From Bilabrum cf. latius (lineage: Eukaryota): a stretch of DNA of 21,343 nt. Location of the stretch: the NCBI GenBank assembly GCA_965178125.1, contig OZ237773.1, positions 558,001 to 579,343 on the forward strand, read 5' to 3'. The translations under genes and the position numbers were made by a program. Numbering within the stretch: the first letter of the stretch is position 1; each line of letters begins with the position of its first letter. Below, one piece after another: positions 20,665 to 21,343 of this stretch. The notes below the pieces were generated by a model, which saw only the letters and a program-made list of their open reading frames with translations, searched no databases and had not been told where the DNA came from.

Positions 20665-21343
20665 TTAGGGTTAGGGTTAGGGTTAGGGTTAGGGTTAGGG
20701 TTAGGGTTAGGGTTAGGGTTAGGGTTAGGGTTAGGGTTAGGGTTAGGGTTAGGGTTAGGGTTAGGGTTAGGGTTAGGGTTAGGGTTAGGGTTAGGGTTAG
20801 GGTTAGGGTTAGGGTTAGGGTTAGGGTTAGGGTTAGGGTTAGGGTTAGGGTTAGGGTTAGGGTTAGGGTTAGGGTTAGGGTTAGGGTTAGGGTTAGGGTT
20901 AGGGTTAGGGTTAGGGTTAGGGTTAGGGTTAGGGTTAGGGTTAGGGTTAGGGTTAGGGTTAGGGTTAGGGTTAGGGTTAGGGTTAGGGTTAGGGTTAGGG
21001 TTAGGGTTAGGGTTAGGGTTAGGGTTAGGGTTAGGGTTAGGGTTAGGGTTAGGGTTAGGGTTAGGGTTAGGGTTAGGGTTAGGGTTAGGGTTAGGGTTAG
21101 GGTTAGGGTTAGGGTTAGGGTTAGGGTTAGGGTTAGGGTTAGGGTTAGGGTTAGGGTTAGGGTTAGGGTTAGGGTTAGGGTTAGGGTTAGGGTTAGGGTT
21201 AGGGTTAGGGTTAGGGTTAGGGTTAGGGTTAGGGTTAGGGTTAGGGTTAGGGTTAGGGTTAGGGTTAGGGTTAGGGTTAGGGTTAGGGTTAGGGTTAGGG
21301 TTAGGGTTAGGGTTAGGGTTAGGGTTAGGGTTAGGGTTAGGGT
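20665..21343 (+). repeat. Telomere, (TTAGGG)n, ~113 perfect units
   Basis: Uninterrupted TTAGGG to the end of the window, with the G-rich strand running toward the end. Confidence 0.99.

Noticed and set aside
20228-20668. 146-aa ORF next to the telomere
   Set aside because: Mostly a translation of the 53-bp satellite, with a non-ATG start.

Overview
Right-hand end of a eukaryotic nuclear chromosome. It is GC-rich and gene-dense, appears intronless, and ends in a 53-bp subtelomeric satellite and about 113 perfect TTAGGG repeats. The supplied ORF track is fragmented because TAG appears to be a sense codon here. Reading through TAG joins the fragments into eight long single-frame genes. Seven of them contain in-frame TAGs (44 by my manual count), none contains an internal TAA or TGA, and those with a visible end stop at TGA (six) or TAA (one). 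This points to a nuclear code with UAG reassigned (most likely to Gln) while UAA and UGA stay stops. Genes, left to right: amino-acid transporter (-), TRM10-type tRNA methyltransferase (-), ARL13-like GTPase (+), MPP-alpha/complex III core-type M16 protein (-), an unknown coiled-coil protein (+), a large P-loop NTPase + PD-(D/E)xK nuclease protein of Crinkler/RHS effector-like architecture lying between two ~0.9-1.1 kb direct repeats (+), METTL9-like methyltransferase (+), and a mitochondrion-targeted PPR-like protein (+). The gene content suggests a flagellated, mitochondriate protist (inference). All family calls come from motifs I recognised by eye, not from database searches.
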